Below are positions 49,101 through 61,799 of a stretch of 64,000 nucleotides of DNA, piece by piece. Source of the DNA: Rhizodiscina lignyota (taxonomy: Eukaryota); assembly GCA_010015805.1 (NCBI GenBank), contig ML978128.1, positions 124,001 through 188,000 of the forward strand, written 5' to 3'. A model generated the notes under the pieces. It did no database searches, was not told where the DNA came from, and was given only the letters and a program-made list of their open reading frames with translations. How positions within the stretch are numbered: position 1 is the stretch's first letter; each line of letters begins with the position of its first letter. The position numbers were made by a program, and so were the translations under genes.

Positions 49101-49921
49101 ATCAATCTTTTGCATCGAGTAAATTAGCACAGCTCTGGAATGCATGTTTGCACCACAAGATCTCTTACCGTGCATGTCGAACAGCACGGCGGCTGCGCGG
49201 TTAGATCGAACTCAATCGGGATGGTCTCTGTTGCAGTAGTTGTAGTCACACGTCCATTGTCCCCGGTAACAGTGTCAGTTTCTATGTCGGTGTCCGACGA
49301 GGGATTCTGGGCGTATGATGATGAGGATGCGAGTGAACGTTCAATGCATTCAGTGAGGAGACTCGTCGAATTTATGAAGCCTTGATAATCTGCGCATCCA
49401 TCCCAGAAGATGTTATTAATATCATTATTCGTAAGAATCGAGTTGCAATCGAACTGGGTGGCATTGTTCGGACTCGATGATGTAGCGTTACTTTTGATGA
49501 CTGCTCCTGACGATGGAGGCGACGAAGCTCCGGTGGAAAGAATGACCCCGGTAGAAAGCCGAGCTGCTGGTGTTATGGATGCAGGGCTTGAAGATGATGA
49601 TGCGGATGCATCTGGCACTGGGATACCGCTGGATAGAAGAGCGACTGGAGAGTGTACGTTTAATGTTGTAGATGAACTGGAGGATGTACTGGAGTGCGAT
49701 GTTGATGGGCTTGAGCTATTCGCAACATGTCGAGGGTAAGCTATTGCTCTTCTCCTCGGATCAAAATCTATAATTCTCCATAAGTACAATCGTTCAGTCG
49801 TTTTATCGACTGAGTCAAATCGTTGACCACACTTACTATAATCCTTTCCGTGAGCGAACGACGCAAAATGAAGCGACAGGATGATGGTTACTACTCTCCA
49901 TACTGAGCAGGAATGAACCAT
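46109..49921 (-). CDS. Large secreted, probably GPI-anchored Gly/Ser/Thr-rich mucin/adhesin-like protein, multi-exon
   Basis: Signal-peptide-like start at 49921; Cys-containing N-domain (PCCSTCT...VRVLYWP, DPCIPRFAYP); G/S/N low-complexity block; VVIGxxTxTPG repeats; hydrophobic C-terminus AVLGLLGILIAI*. Internal exon boundaries are approximate. Confidence 0.75.
47367..47540 (-). repeat. Coding 18-bp minisatellite (SGSNAN)n
   Basis: CCAGAGTTTGCGTTCGAC on the + strand, about 5 near-perfect copies plus degenerate flanking copies. Confidence 0.9.
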
Positions 49922-51524
49922 TTCGGCTTCTTCGCTCCCCCCTTTGCCGCCGATTGACACTAGAAAGCGCCCAAAACGAGTAGGTCGAATATATATCGAA
50001 CGATAGTGGTTTAAGAGCGAAAGTTTGGTTTATGTAACGAGTGGCCAGGTCACCTTTGACTTGTACAGATCAACATGGTCGTAGAAGTCGTCGGCAAATC
50101 TCTATTTTGCGTCGTGCCATACCGAAATCAATGGTGCCTCAAGATGGGTCCAAGGAACAAGTATATTAGCGAATGCGACGCTGAGCTTGATTTGGAAAGA
50201 AGAGAAGATTGCGTTTAGTCGTCACCGCATAAAGCTAACTTGCTTGGCGGCCAAAAGATCGCCTCCGAAGACAAGGTATTTTACAAAAGCGACTCTGGTA
50301 GTGCTGACATGATATGAAAGCAGTGGAGATGGGGGAAGAAAACGGACGGGTACTCATGCAGTTCCTTGGAAAGAGGTGGTGCACGGGCGCTGGCCGGCCC
50401 TCCTTTTTGATTCCTTTCATTCATTATCTTGTCGCAGACTTACTCTGTTTGGGAAAAGGTTCGGCTGAAGCCGATTCTTCAACAGACACTTAAACCCTAC
50501 AGGATAATTTAAGGACAAATAGCTGTTTTAGGTTAGATGCTTCGGCCGTGTTCGCACTTTCGCGTACAACAGTCCCAACCGAGATTTGCGACACTCGAGA
50601 TCCACTCTCTAGAAATGGGTTTCGTGATAGCCGTACGTGCGAGCTAAAGGTGCATTCGCCTCGTTTCATAGTCGGGCCGAATGAATAAGCTGATAACTCT
50701 TGAAGTCCCTGCTTGGAGAGAGTTTGGGAGTTGGACTGGTGCCGCGTCATATATGTAGCATCGCTCTGAATGGCTTGGTATCGGGTACAACAATCGGGGG
50801 ACTTGCCTTTAAAGGTTGTGGAGAAATGGTGCTCCACCATCAGATGAGTGGACTCTTCCATTTCCTCCTCGGTCCCCCCACAATCGCGGTCTGCTGTAAC
50901 TGGGCTGACGTCCTGGTTGTCGTTCAAGATTATGTGAACATGAACGTCCCACACCTCAGCGCTGGTCGTGATTGTTAAGTAGCATGGGATTCATTCGATT
51001 TATTGGAATCTAAGATGCAATGCCATGAGAGAGTGGAAGAGAAGAGAGATAACGAGTCAGAGGGTGTATGATACGATATCAGTAGACGCTGGTGCTGTTG
51101 AATTAAAGCTGAGAGTGGTTATTAATCATTCGCATTGGCTCTTGCGCTCATAACTATATGCTTGAAAGAGTAAAGGCAGTAACCAGAATCTTAACGGTCG
51201 GTACGATTAATTTCTTCGATTTCAATTATTTACAGTATTAGTAAACCGGCAATACAGCATTAGGGTTCCCAAACGACATCCGTACGGAGTAGAAGCCAAG
51301 AAATGCGGCTCCCGATCGACACGCCGCCGCGACCTAGATCCCGAAGCCTTACGAGGAGCCATCGACGAGAAAAAAATCCCCCATCTTTTACCAGCGCCAG
51401 TGCAGCGACTACCGCAACCCTGCGGATATCATTTCAAGGTCTTCGGCAGCAGTAGACGTCACACTCACCTTCTTGTTATCCTTCCGCCAAGTTTCGGTTT
51501 CTAAGCTCGACGCTTGCCGTCAGA

Positions 51525-53175
51525 ATGACCTCTTCGGAGGATGCTGTCACCCTCAAGGAGAAGGGCAATGCTGCTTTCAAGGCGCACGATTGGCCCTCTG
51601 CAATAGATTTCTACACACAAGCAATCAAGGCGAATGACAGAGAACCATCGTTCTATACAAATAGAGCTCAGGTCAGCTTCACACTGCCCCAGTATCTGCG
51701 CACGCGACTCACCATCCGAAGGCGAATATAAAGCTCGAATCTTATGGCCTAGCTATAGCGGACGCAACGAAAGCATTGGAGATTGACGAGTCGAATGTCA
51801 AGGTGCGCACTGTTGTTTATCACCTCATCCGGGTGGACACTGAGACATAGGAATTAGGCGTACTATCGGAGAGCAGTAGCAAACACTGCGATATTACGAC
51901 ATAACGACGCCCTTCGCGATTGGAAGATTGTCCTCAAGAAGAACCCCTCTGACAAGAATGCGCGAATACAATACGAGCAGTGCAATAAGAGCGTCAAGCG
52001 CGATGCCTTCCTCAAAGCCATCGAAGTGGCAGATGTGCCGTCCGCCGCGGAAGGCCTGGACATTGACCACATAGAAGTAGAAGCAGACTATGACGGGGTG
52101 AAGTTAGAGAAGGAAATGACGCAAGGGTTCATTGACGACATGATACAGAGGTTCAAGGACGGAAAGAAGTTACACAGGAAATATGTGTTTCAAATAATAC
52201 TGGCCGTCATGGGCATCGTGAAGGAGGAACCGACTATGGTGGAAATGGAGGTAGGAGCGGGAGAAAAGTTGACCGTTTGTGGTGATACCCATGGTGAGTG
52301 TCCCATCCCGTCGCTAAGTTGGTCTGCTTGTTGCCCCAATTTGGAGAAAGCCTCTATCTGAATCGGTGGATCATGGATCATCGCACACAAGGACTAATAT
52401 GATTACAGGACAATTCTTCGACCTTCTTGAAATATTCCGTCTCAATGGCTATCCGACCACATCGCATCTCTACCTCTTCAACGGCGACTTTGTCGACCGA
52501 GGTTCCTGGTCTACCGAAATTGCCCTCCTCCTTTACGCATATAAGTGGCTGTACCCGTCCAAGCTGTTCCTTAACAGAGGCAATCACGAAACGGATGACA
52601 TGAATCGCATGTATGGATTTGAGGGCGAGTGTCGAGCCAAGTACAACGACCGGGTCTTCAAGCTGTTCTCCGAGTCATTCTCTGCGCTGCCACTCGCCAC
52701 ATTAATCGGCAAGAAGTACTTTGTCCTGCATGGCGGTCTTTTCTCGGACGATGATATCACACTTGAGGATATCAGGAAATTGAATCGCCACAAGCAACGA
52801 CAACCAGGTCAGTCGGGTCTGATGATGGAAATGCTCTGGACAGACCCGCAGACGGAGAATGGAAGAGGGCCGAGCAAGCGAGGCGTTGGACTGCAATTCG
52901 GCCCAGACGTAACAAAGCGGTTCTGCGAAAAGAACGGTCTCGAGGCGATCATAAGAAGTCACGAAGTCCGCATGGAGGGCTATGAAGTTGAACACGATGG
53001 CCGATGCATAACTGTCTTCTCAGCGCCCAAGTACTGCGACAGCACGGAGAACAAAGGCGCGTATATCAATATCGGACCGGAATACAAGCTGGATTTCACC
53101 AAGTTTGATGCGGTACCGCATCCCCCAATACGGCCCATGGCGTATGCAGCAAACGGTCTCATGTCTATGATGTAA
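51525..53175 (+). CDS. PPT1: Ser/Thr protein phosphatase 5 (TPR plus PPP catalytic domain), 4 exons
   Basis: TPR KEKGNAAFK...YTNRAQ; VCGDTHG|QF, NGDFVDRGS, NRGNHE, IRSHE, FSAPKYC, PMAYA. Confidence 0.95.
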
Positions 53176-53536
53176 TGGAGATATACCCAAGTCTCTGATA
53201 ATGGGAGGGGCTGTACAGTATTCTGCCGGCGTTGATCTGACCTTAACAGTGGGCTCTTTGTAGCATAGCTTGCATGCGATCCAGCGCTTCTTGAATGGTT
53301 TGCGAGGCACACTTCCTGGGCTTAGCAAAGATATACATATACATATTTGAGTTTTACCTGGCACCTATTTTGCGTCAAAGAAACACGGAACGGAATCATC
53401 CGGTTATTTTACACCCCTGGCTAACCCGATTAGGGAGGCAATCTAACCTCTAACCTCAAACCTCAAGGCTGGACGTCAAGATCCTCCATCCAACTGAGCT
53501 CACTTAGCAGCCAAACCGACTCGCTCAGCCTGAACA

Positions 53537-54973
53537 ATGAAGCATTCAGCAGGCAAAAACATCAACAGTCTACCCGACGAATGTCTTCTCAATGTTGGAA
53601 GTTTCCTCGACTTGTGGAGAACGGCGAGAACATTTCCAACAGGACCTCAGGACGATAGAATGGTTGGCCTGCAACGGAACGATATTCATCGGTGCTGGAG
53701 AAAGGATGTGATAAAAAATCAAGTCAACGATGTTCAAGCCATCCTGAAATTACGCCTCATCTCCCGGGCTTTTGCTAAAATTGGCGGTGAAGTCCTTAGA
53801 CGTCAACTGCGAAGGATTTACATCTGTCCAACGGCGAGGTCAATCCAAGCCTTCCGGCAAATCATTCGACATCAAAACTTTGCTTCAGGTATTACGGAGA
53901 TTGTCGTCTTAGGAAGTTGCTATCTCCCACTCAATCTTAAATATCCGGAAAAGACGCTGGACGCTGATTATCGTAACTGGCGCAGGATGCTTCGTGGTGA
54001 GGAAGCAGACTTCGAGGCAAATGCTAGCGGCGAGGGATGCAGCATTTTCCAGGATATATCCGGTCTTGTCGGAGATATGAGAGCTTGTCTTGAACTTGGA
54101 ATTAATTTGCTTCGACATCTAGAGAAAATCACTTTTATGTACTACATCGATCGCCCCGGGTATGGCATCGAGCGAAGATGGTGGACATCTGATTACTTGT
54201 CCGACGAGGACACTCGGCTTATCCACTACACCGACTTCTCTCCCGGCCTCGGCTTCGACGACGTACATGAGATCGTCCGTAACCATCATCGAGAGAATCC
54301 GGATCGGCCAGTCCTATTACAAGTCGGAGCTCCTGGTGACTCGATGCCTTCGTGGATCGTCGACCAAGTTCGAGTGTGGGAGGTTCCAAAACTCTCTATT
54401 TGTTACCTGGAAGGGCAGCCTCCAGCGAATGAGAGCGGTGGTAGCCCAGGAAATCTTGCATCCTGTTCTATTCTCACACATCTAGAGATCTCTATGAACG
54501 AAGTCGTGCACCTGTACGACTTTGATAAAGTTTTTAAATCAGCTGAGTGGCCTCATCTGCAGACCTTTGGTCTATCGTACGCTGTTGTCGACCTGCAAAA
54601 CTTTCTCCGATTCCTGACCCGCCATCGAACGTCATTGCGAACGCTTATTATGAGAAATGTCACGTACTCAAGCCTCCTTTTCTGGCCTTCCGCTATTCCT
54701 GCCGCTGAACAACACGCTTATTGGTCGCCATTCCTAACCGGTATCAAGGAGAATCTCTCACTCGAAAATGGAGAGCTTTACAGCATCTTCGATGAATTTG
54801 GGTCGGCATGTGACGCAGACAACTCACATGACTTCAATATCAAAGAGATGGAATTTTGGGAAGATGAGGGATTCGATACTGAACAAATCGAAAGGGAAGG
54901 TTCAAGGATTTTCCTGAGGAACGGCCGATTTTTATGCTCACGGTGTGCCCAAACACCAACAGCGCTGCGATAG
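53537..54973 (+). CDS. F-box-like hypothetical protein with LRR-like C-terminus
   Basis: N-terminal INSLPDECLLNVGSFL...LRLISRAF; C-terminal WPHLQTFGL...FLTRHRTSLRTL; 478-aa ORF. Confidence 0.6.
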   Translation: MKHSAGKNINSLPDECLLNVGSFLDLWRTARTFPTGPQDDRMVGLQRNDIHRCWRKDVIKNQVNDVQAILKLRLISRAFAKIGGEVLRRQLRRIYICPTARSIQAFRQIIRHQNFASGITEIVVLGSCYLPLNLKYPEKTLDADYRNWRRMLRGEEADFEANASGEGCSIFQDISGLVGDMRACLELGINLLRHLEKITFMYYIDRPGYGIERRWWTSDYLSDEDTRLIHYTDFSPGLGFDDVHEIVRNHHRENPDRPVLLQVGAPGDSMPSWIVDQVRVWEVPKLSICYLEGQPPANESGGSPGNLASCSILTHLEISMNEVVHLYDFDKVFKSAEWPHLQTFGLSYAVVDLQNFLRFLTRHRTSLRTLIMRNVTYSSLLFWPSAIPAAEQHAYWSPFLTGIKENLSLENGELYSIFDEFGSACDADNSHDFNIKEMEFWEDEGFDTEQIEREGSRIFLRNGRFLCSRCAQTPTALR

Positions 54974-56175
54974 ACATTTAACCTTTCCACATATTGCGAC
55001 GCGTTCAGAAAGCCCCTCAACGAGATCAGCATGCGCTCGACTTTCTCTTCCGCGATTCATGAGGTCGTTGTCTGCACATACTAGAAAACATCGGAGGTTA
55101 TTGCGACTTGCCCTCTAGGTACATCTTCGCGAACGGTTTGTCGAAGAACCTGAAATTACGAAGGAGCTACCGAGCTAGTTTCCCGGGAGCGTATGAGACC
55201 TGTAATGACGTCTACTTTCTGTGGCAATGAGAAGTGAATCTTCTAAAGCGGGCCTGGGAAGCTATTCCCTAACATCTTCGAACGTCAACTCACCAATATG
55301 CGGAAGCTTTTTAAAAGAACTGAAGGCGATTGTAATAGGGTGACTATGTCGACTATTCGCTTGCGGGAAACTAGCTCCTTCGTTCTTCCAGTTCTTTGTG
55401 GACCAAGGACGACGAAGGCCAATTCCAGGGATTTCTCTGCGAGCTCAGCCATCGAGTAACTGGGAGCTTGGATCAAGCAATAGTGAACCTCTCTCATCTC
55501 GAAGCAGTCCACTGGGTACTGCCTTAACACGATGTCGGGTTCGGCCAGCGTTCGCAGGTCCTGCTAAGAGAAGAGATTACGTGAGGATCTCCAAATGCTC
55601 AAGAATCTCTGTTGCGAGAATGGAGATTCTGTGTTCAGAATGTTTGTCAAATCTTCACCAAGTCCAGGAAATCTCGTAGAGGAGGTGACAATCGTCGGCG
55701 GACACCTCCGGTTCATGACTTTGACGCCGAGTGTCGTATAATGGATTGCCAGTATCTTCACTCTCGAATCAAACAGTGTCCTTGACGGGTACGGACCTCA
55801 AATACGAACATTTCAGACTGTTTCACGTCGTCACGACACAGGCTCACAATTGGTACAGACGACACTGTTGAGTGTGCAACCATACAACACGGATATACCG
55901 ACATATAAGAGCCGGAATTTCGTTGGAAATGGATTCATCCTCCGCATCTTCAAGAGCACCGTCATCAGTTGACAATACGACAACCTCACCGAGTTCGTCT
56001 GACGAGAAAGTGACCAATAGCTCATCATCCTCGGCCAGCACTCTCGACCCCGACGCTTCGTATGACAGAGCTCTATTCCATTTAGGTACCAGTTAGTCAT
56101 GATATTCATGTGTCGTTGGCATTCTCTCCTAACATTCTATGGCAGATCAAACCTCCGTTGTACCGGCGTGTCAAA

Positions 56176-56592
56176 ATGTGTGTCTGGCGTGGCCAGTTCC
56201 ATACGACTTGTCAGCACTTCGACTGGATTCTCGTCAATCGGTGCAGCTCCTTGCCCAGGCCTGATTACGGCGAAACAGACTGGCAGCATGGCAACACAGG
56301 TCTGATCTTCGCAGGTGGAATGGGTGCCGCGTCCAGCTACGTGATTCGGTTCACAGTCAGGAGCCATTGCATCCAACACCCTCCAGGAATGCCTAGAGCT
56401 GTTTTCCTTGACCATGTGGCCGACTGGCTGAAGCGAAGACTCGATGAGGCCGATCCGCATCATCGGTATGTCTGCGGGCGGTTCAGCATCGACACTATCA
56501 TAAGCGAGACCCAAGACCTCTGCTTAAGCTGCATGACGCATCAGTCAAACCGATTCAACGTGCACGACCGTAGTGTTTGGCAAATGGCATAG
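56176..56592 (+). CDS. Small Cys/His-containing hypothetical protein
   Basis: ATG in AAAATG context; MCVW...TCQH...C pattern and C-terminal CLSC. Confidence 0.4.
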   Translation: MCVWRGQFHTTCQHFDWILVNRCSSLPRPDYGETDWQHGNTGLIFAGGMGAASSYVIRFTVRSHCIQHPPGMPRAVFLDHVADWLKRRLDEADPHHRYVCGRFSIDTIISETQDLCLSCMTHQSNRFNVHDRSVWQMA

Positions 56593-57859
56593 TGGATCCT
56601 ATCACTTTAGAAGGGCATTTCTCTGCGCTGCTTCCTGAGTGGAAGTGGCCATCTATCACTTACATACAATCTTTACACGAATTCTGGAGGGGATGCATGC
56701 ATAGCGGAGGCGTTTAAAGATTGGGGAAGGTTTTTGATATTGAATGCATTTGGATTGGATATACCTGCTTGACAAGACACAGGAAGAGAGTCTGACAGAC
56801 GACTCCTTGTAGGCGGTGACTTGGTGGTTGAATAGAAGATGGCTGATTAGGGGGAAGCACACTCTGACTGAGGGTGATTGGGCAGGAATCAGAACAGTTG
56901 GCTAGATGAAAACACAAAGCAAGCACGGCAAGGCCGCGCGATTCTAGCAAACACATTCTACAGCATACGTTATCAAGGCTCTACACATGATCTCGATTGC
57001 CTTGAAGAGTGATATAATCTTAACTTAGAGTGTTGCAGGTCTACGGAGAGAGGCACCTGCAAGACGGAAGGAAACGTGATTCTGGATATGGCAATCTTAC
57101 AAGAGAACAGCAAGCTGCGGGGCCTCAACGATACGTTGAGACTTCTCGGAGACCCATCTATTATCCTCGCCATATACGACGCTACACGGCCTGATGGGTG
57201 TCCTGGTAAGGGCGGCCTATCCAGTCAAGAGCGAGGCTCCGAAGAGAAACGCGAGACTACAACCTGCAGCTCTGCGAATACTGCAACTCGATCGGCCATA
57301 TTCAGGTTGACTGCAAAATCGCAAGGTTAGCTACAGGCGCCCAGCAATAACACGCATGAGGACTGCCACCCATAAAACTCTCAAGCTTTCGTCGTCGGCG
57401 GGGTCACCCTGTTCCTCTTTGCCACCTTCATCCGTTCAGCCGTGTGGCACATCGAGACCATTGCAAGGATTCGGCGATGCTTGCCATGCAGCCATCAAAT
57501 TTCCAGTCCGCCCAATAAGGAGTTAGTGTATGGTCTTGACATTTCTTCCGCTGGGATAGGGGCGAATCCACGCAGGCCTAATGACGGAGTATACTCCGTA
57601 CCCACACATCATTTTATTCCTGTCAACAGGCAGCTACGCTACCTCCTAGCTTTTGGCATGCCATTGAACAATCTCGTGTCAGGGGTGTCTCGTGTTCCCG
57701 AAGTTTATCCAGGGATAGGGCGACGCGTCAAATATCACCTGATATGTATCGCTTCTGGGCTCTGGGTTGTTGCTCTCACACCATCACGCGACAAATATCT
57801 CCCAATTAACGTGCCACCTACCATGAGCCAAGGAAAGTAACAAAATAATCTGGATCCAG

Positions 57860-60800
57860 ATGGATATCGACCCAGTCGAGGAATTTGATAGGTTGAGTAT
57901 CAGGGAAGTCCTGGATCACGACTCAAGACCCACATTCGTTCTTGATCTTGATCCTGATGAAGATATTCCCAATGCCTCCAATTCAACAATACTTCCAATT
58001 TTTTGCAACACCGCTCTGCGACTGCATGAACGGCTCCTCGATGATATGACTGGCAAGGCAAGCGAAGAGTCGGTGAGATCTTCCGAACAGCCTTCGCATG
58101 AAGACTTCAAGAGCTGGGCGACAGGTTTTACCCCACACGACGATTCAAAAGACGTCTTCCCACAATCATTCATCTATCGTGGACTGCAATGGACAGGTTC
58201 TACGATGCGCCAACGATGGAGGCTGATTAGTGGGAACCTCTTGCTGGCCCCTCACATGTCTCTACATGATTTATCCTCAGGACCACCTGTCGAAGTGACA
58301 ACTAGTGTTTTGCGGGCAGCACGTGCTTCTGACAAGCATGATAAGACCCTCGGAATTTCGCCGAAGCGGTCAGAGGCACAGATGGAGGGCAGCACACTGG
58401 CAACGTCGACAACTCTCGCGTCATCGAAACAACAACAATCTTTGAAAGTAGTCAACGTTCCCAAGGCATCAGAGGGAAGCTCAGAAACTACTGGTTCCTC
58501 ACAAAGCAAAACGCCATTGACCCTGGCGACACCGGAGAGAGCTGTTTCGGACTGGACGGCCCCCGAGCCGAAAGGAATATTGTCACCTCATCTTGCCTTT
58601 GCTCGAACAGTTGACTGGGCCTCAACTCCTTTGGGGCCGATGGAAACTTGGTCACCCGAATTCCGCCAAGTCACGAACCTCTGCATGAGTAATCCTCATC
58701 CAGCAGCCATTTTCTGGGGCAGCGATTTGACAATGTTGTACAACGAGGCCTATGCAGCCGAAGTGGCTGGTAACAAACACCCAACTTTGATGGGAACAGG
58801 GTGCTCAGGTCCATTTTCAGAGCTTTGGGAGGCCGTTAGCCGCTTATTTGCCGAATGTGCCCGCACAGGTATCAGCATCCGCAAGGAGAATGATTATCTG
58901 CCAATTGAACGGCGTGGTTTCCTCGAGGAAACCTTCTTCTCCTGGTCGTGGACTCCTGTATACGGTGGTACGAATAAAATACAAGGTTTGTACAATGCGC
59001 CCTTCGAGACTACGCAACAGGAAATGTATCGGCGGAGAATGCTCACTATCAATACGCTTGGTGAAACAGTAGCACACGCAAAGACCGTCAAACAGTTCTG
59101 GCAATATGTACTCGATGGCCTGGAAGACAACCATTACGATATTCCCTTTGCCATACTGTACTCGGTCGGGGAAGGTGAAGAAGGGGACTCCTCGATGTCT
59201 TCTGAGAGCACTATATCCCAAAAGTCTTGCTCTCTTGAGGGGGCTATTGGTGTTCCCGAAGGCCATGCTGCGATTCCACAACAGCTGGATCTGAAGAGGA
59301 GCCGAGAAGGTTTCATACCGTCATTCCGCGAGGCAATGCGAACCAGAGAGCCTACCTTGTTACGATCTAAAGATGGAACGTTTCCAGAGGCACTCCTTGA
59401 AGGATTGAATTGGCGAGGATTCGGTGATCCTTGTCATGAAGCCATCATATTTCCAGTATGCCCAACAAACGGGGAAATGGTCTTGGCATTTCTTCTATTA
59501 GGTGTGAATCCACGCAGGCCTTACGACGAAGGATACAAATCTTTTTCAGCTATGCTTAACAGGCACTTAGCCACCTCGTTGGCCTCTGTCATGCTATTCG
59601 AAGAAGAAGTTCGCCGAAATCGGGATGCCGCCGAGGCAGCTGCTTTAGAGCAAGAGCATCTGGAGCAACAGCTTGCGCTGCAAACAAGCCGGTTACGGCG
59701 CATGACAGAGCTCTCCCCTCTTGGCATGTGTCTCATTAGTCCAGATGGAGTCCTGCGCGAGGCAAATGACCGGCTCTTCGAGATGACCGGCCTTCCGAGG
59801 GACAGCATGGACGAACTATCTTGGATGGAATGCTTGACTTTAAGCAGTATGCAGACCATGCACGAAGGTTGGTATCGCTTGGTGACCGAGCATCTTCCGT
59901 GGTCCGGAGAGCTTCAACTCAAGAATCAATTGAGTAGCCCGGGAATGTTTAACGGAGAATCCATAGACTACTGGGTCCTATTTGCGGCTCAACCCGAATT
60001 CGCGGCCGATAGCTCATTACGGTCTATTATGGGATCAATGACCGACATTTCACATCTGAAGTGGGCGCAAGGTCTCCAGGATCAGAGGCTTCGAGAAGCT
60101 GAAGAGACGCGAAGGCAACAGAATGAGTTTATCGACATCACTTCTCACGAGATGAGAAATCCGTTAAGCGCCATTTTGCAGTGTGCAGATGACATCTCAT
60201 CCACCTTGACCATATTCCAGTCGAAAGCTACTTCACCGCCCCAAGAGGTTGTAGAAAGTTGCTTGGATGCCGCAGAAACAATTGCATTATGCGTACAGCA
60301 CCAGAAGTCGATTGTTGACGACATTCTCACTGTCTCAAAGCTAGCCTCTAACCTGCTGGTACTCACACCAGTTGTAGCTCAGCCAGCTGCAGTGGCCGAA
60401 TGCGCCTTGAAGATGTTCGACCCAGAGTTGCAGGCTAAGGATATCACAGTCGTGTTTCATAAACAGCCTTCGCTCGAAGAGCTCGCGGTCTCTTGGATGA
60501 CTCTCGACCCTAGTCGAGTCCTTCAAATTCTCATCAATTTAATGACAAACGCAATCAAGTTCACCGCTGGCGCAGACAAGCGAATCATCAATGTTGCAAT
60601 AGGAGCATCTGTCGACCCGCCACTAAATCCCGTCTCACCAGAATTCCAATACATTCCAGCCAATGCGACAACCGCCCCTATGATTAGCGGCGGCGATTGG
60701 GGAATCGGGCAACTTCTGTACCTACGATTCGAAGTTCAGGACACTGGTTGTGGTCTTACGCAGGAAGAGAAAAAGATCCTCTTTGACCGATTCTCGCAAG

Positions 60801-61543
60801 CAACCCCCCGAACACACGCGCAATATGGGGGCAGCGGCCTCGGCCTCTTCATTTCCAGGCAATTGGCGGAGCTGCACGGAGGTCAGATCGGCGTCACATC
60901 CGAGGCTGGAGTGGGTAGCACTTTCGGCTTTTTCATCGCAGCAAGGCGATCTGCACCTCCTCAATACCGTATACCGGAGGTATTGCTTCCTTTTGGCCCT
61001 AACATCTCAGAAGAGATTTCTCACACCCAGCGTATTCCGCTTCAGCGACGGAAATTGGAGTCAGTTATCCCACCCGCCAGTCTTGTTGCGGCCCAAACTG
61101 GTTCGACCTTCAACCCTAAAAATCTCTACATTCTTGTTGTGGAAGATAACTTGATCAATCAAAAAGTCCTTGTGAAACTACTCAAGCAGGTTGGGAGTAC
61201 TGTTGATGTCGCCAACGATGGTGTCGAAGCGCTTGCACTACTCGAAGAAACACACTACCGCAAGGAAGGAGGGCGTAGGCTCTCTGTCATTCTGATGGAC
61301 TTGGAGATGCCTAACATGGACGGCTTGACATGTGTCCGCGAGATTAGAAAGATGGAAGCGGGTGGCAAGATCAACACGCGTATACCTATTATTGCGGTGA
61401 CTGCGAACGTGAGAGATGAACAGGTGGCAGCTGCCATGGAAAGCGGGATGGATGATGTCTTGTCGAAGCCTTTCCGTATTGCGGACCTATACAAGAAGAT
61501 TGAGGTGGTGCTGGAGGGACATTATACGGTCTCCGCTGTATGA
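57860..61543 (+). CDS. Hybrid sensor histidine kinase/response regulator (PAS-like, HisKA, HATPase, receiver)
   Basis: DWASTPLGP PAS-like region; SHEMRNPL H-box; QILINLMTNAIKFT; DTGCG; GGSGLGL; receiver VEDN...ILMDLEMP...KPF. Confidence 0.95.
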   Translation: MDIDPVEEFDRLSIREVLDHDSRPTFVLDLDPDEDIPNASNSTILPIFCNTALRLHERLLDDMTGKASEESVRSSEQPSHEDFKSWATGFTPHDDSKDVFPQSFIYRGLQWTGSTMRQRWRLISGNLLLAPHMSLHDLSSGPPVEVTTSVLRAARASDKHDKTLGISPKRSEAQMEGSTLATSTTLASSKQQQSLKVVNVPKASEGSSETTGSSQSKTPLTLATPERAVSDWTAPEPKGILSPHLAFARTVDWASTPLGPMETWSPEFRQVTNLCMSNPHPAAIFWGSDLTMLYNEAYAAEVAGNKHPTLMGTGCSGPFSELWEAVSRLFAECARTGISIRKENDYLPIERRGFLEETFFSWSWTPVYGGTNKIQGLYNAPFETTQQEMYRRRMLTINTLGETVAHAKTVKQFWQYVLDGLEDNHYDIPFAILYSVGEGEEGDSSMSSESTISQKSCSLEGAIGVPEGHAAIPQQLDLKRSREGFIPSFREAMRTREPTLLRSKDGTFPEALLEGLNWRGFGDPCHEAIIFPVCPTNGEMVLAFLLLGVNPRRPYDEGYKSFSAMLNRHLATSLASVMLFEEEVRRNRDAAEAAALEQEHLEQQLALQTSRLRRMTELSPLGMCLISPDGVLREANDRLFEMTGLPRDSMDELSWMECLTLSSMQTMHEGWYRLVTEHLPWSGELQLKNQLSSPGMFNGESIDYWVLFAAQPEFAADSSLRSIMGSMTDISHLKWAQGLQDQRLREAEETRRQQNEFIDITSHEMRNPLSAILQCADDISSTLTIFQSKATSPPQEVVESCLDAAETIALCVQHQKSIVDDILTVSKLASNLLVLTPVVAQPAAVAECALKMFDPELQAKDITVVFHKQPSLEELAVSWMTLDPSRVLQILINLMTNAIKFTAGADKRIINVAIGASVDPPLNPVSPEFQYIPANATTAPMISGGDWGIGQLLYLRFEVQDTGCGLTQEEKKILFDRFSQATPRTHAQYGGSGLGLFISRQLAELHGGQIGVTSEAGVGSTFGFFIAARRSAPPQYRIPEVLLPFGPNISEEISHTQRIPLQRRKLESVIPPASLVAAQTGSTFNPKNLYILVVEDNLINQKVLVKLLKQVGSTVDVANDGVEALALLEETHYRKEGGRRLSVILMDLEMPNMDGLTCVREIRKMEAGGKINTRIPIIAVTANVRDEQVAAAMESGMDDVLSKPFRIADLYKKIEVVLEGHYTVSAV

Positions 61544-61799
61544 CGAAATGATTAATGATCGCGTGGACCTCTCACAACGTCTTTCACGACTGGAAGCCTG
61601 AAGGGCTTCGAGTAAACGGCGTTTCAATCGGCTGGCTGCTTTCAATTGCGATAGATATATTTTCAGACATGAGATACCCCTCTATTGACAGTGTTCAAAT
61701 GTCTTTTTGACCCATGTCCTTGACTCATATGCAGCGCGCCTTCATGTGCATTCAGAAGACCGTTCTGTAAACAACGCAGCTTGATCCTCAGATGACCTT

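Noticed and set aside
55000..56100. Short ORF fragments downstream of the F-box-like gene
   Set aside because: No coherent frame, splice model or recognisable motif.
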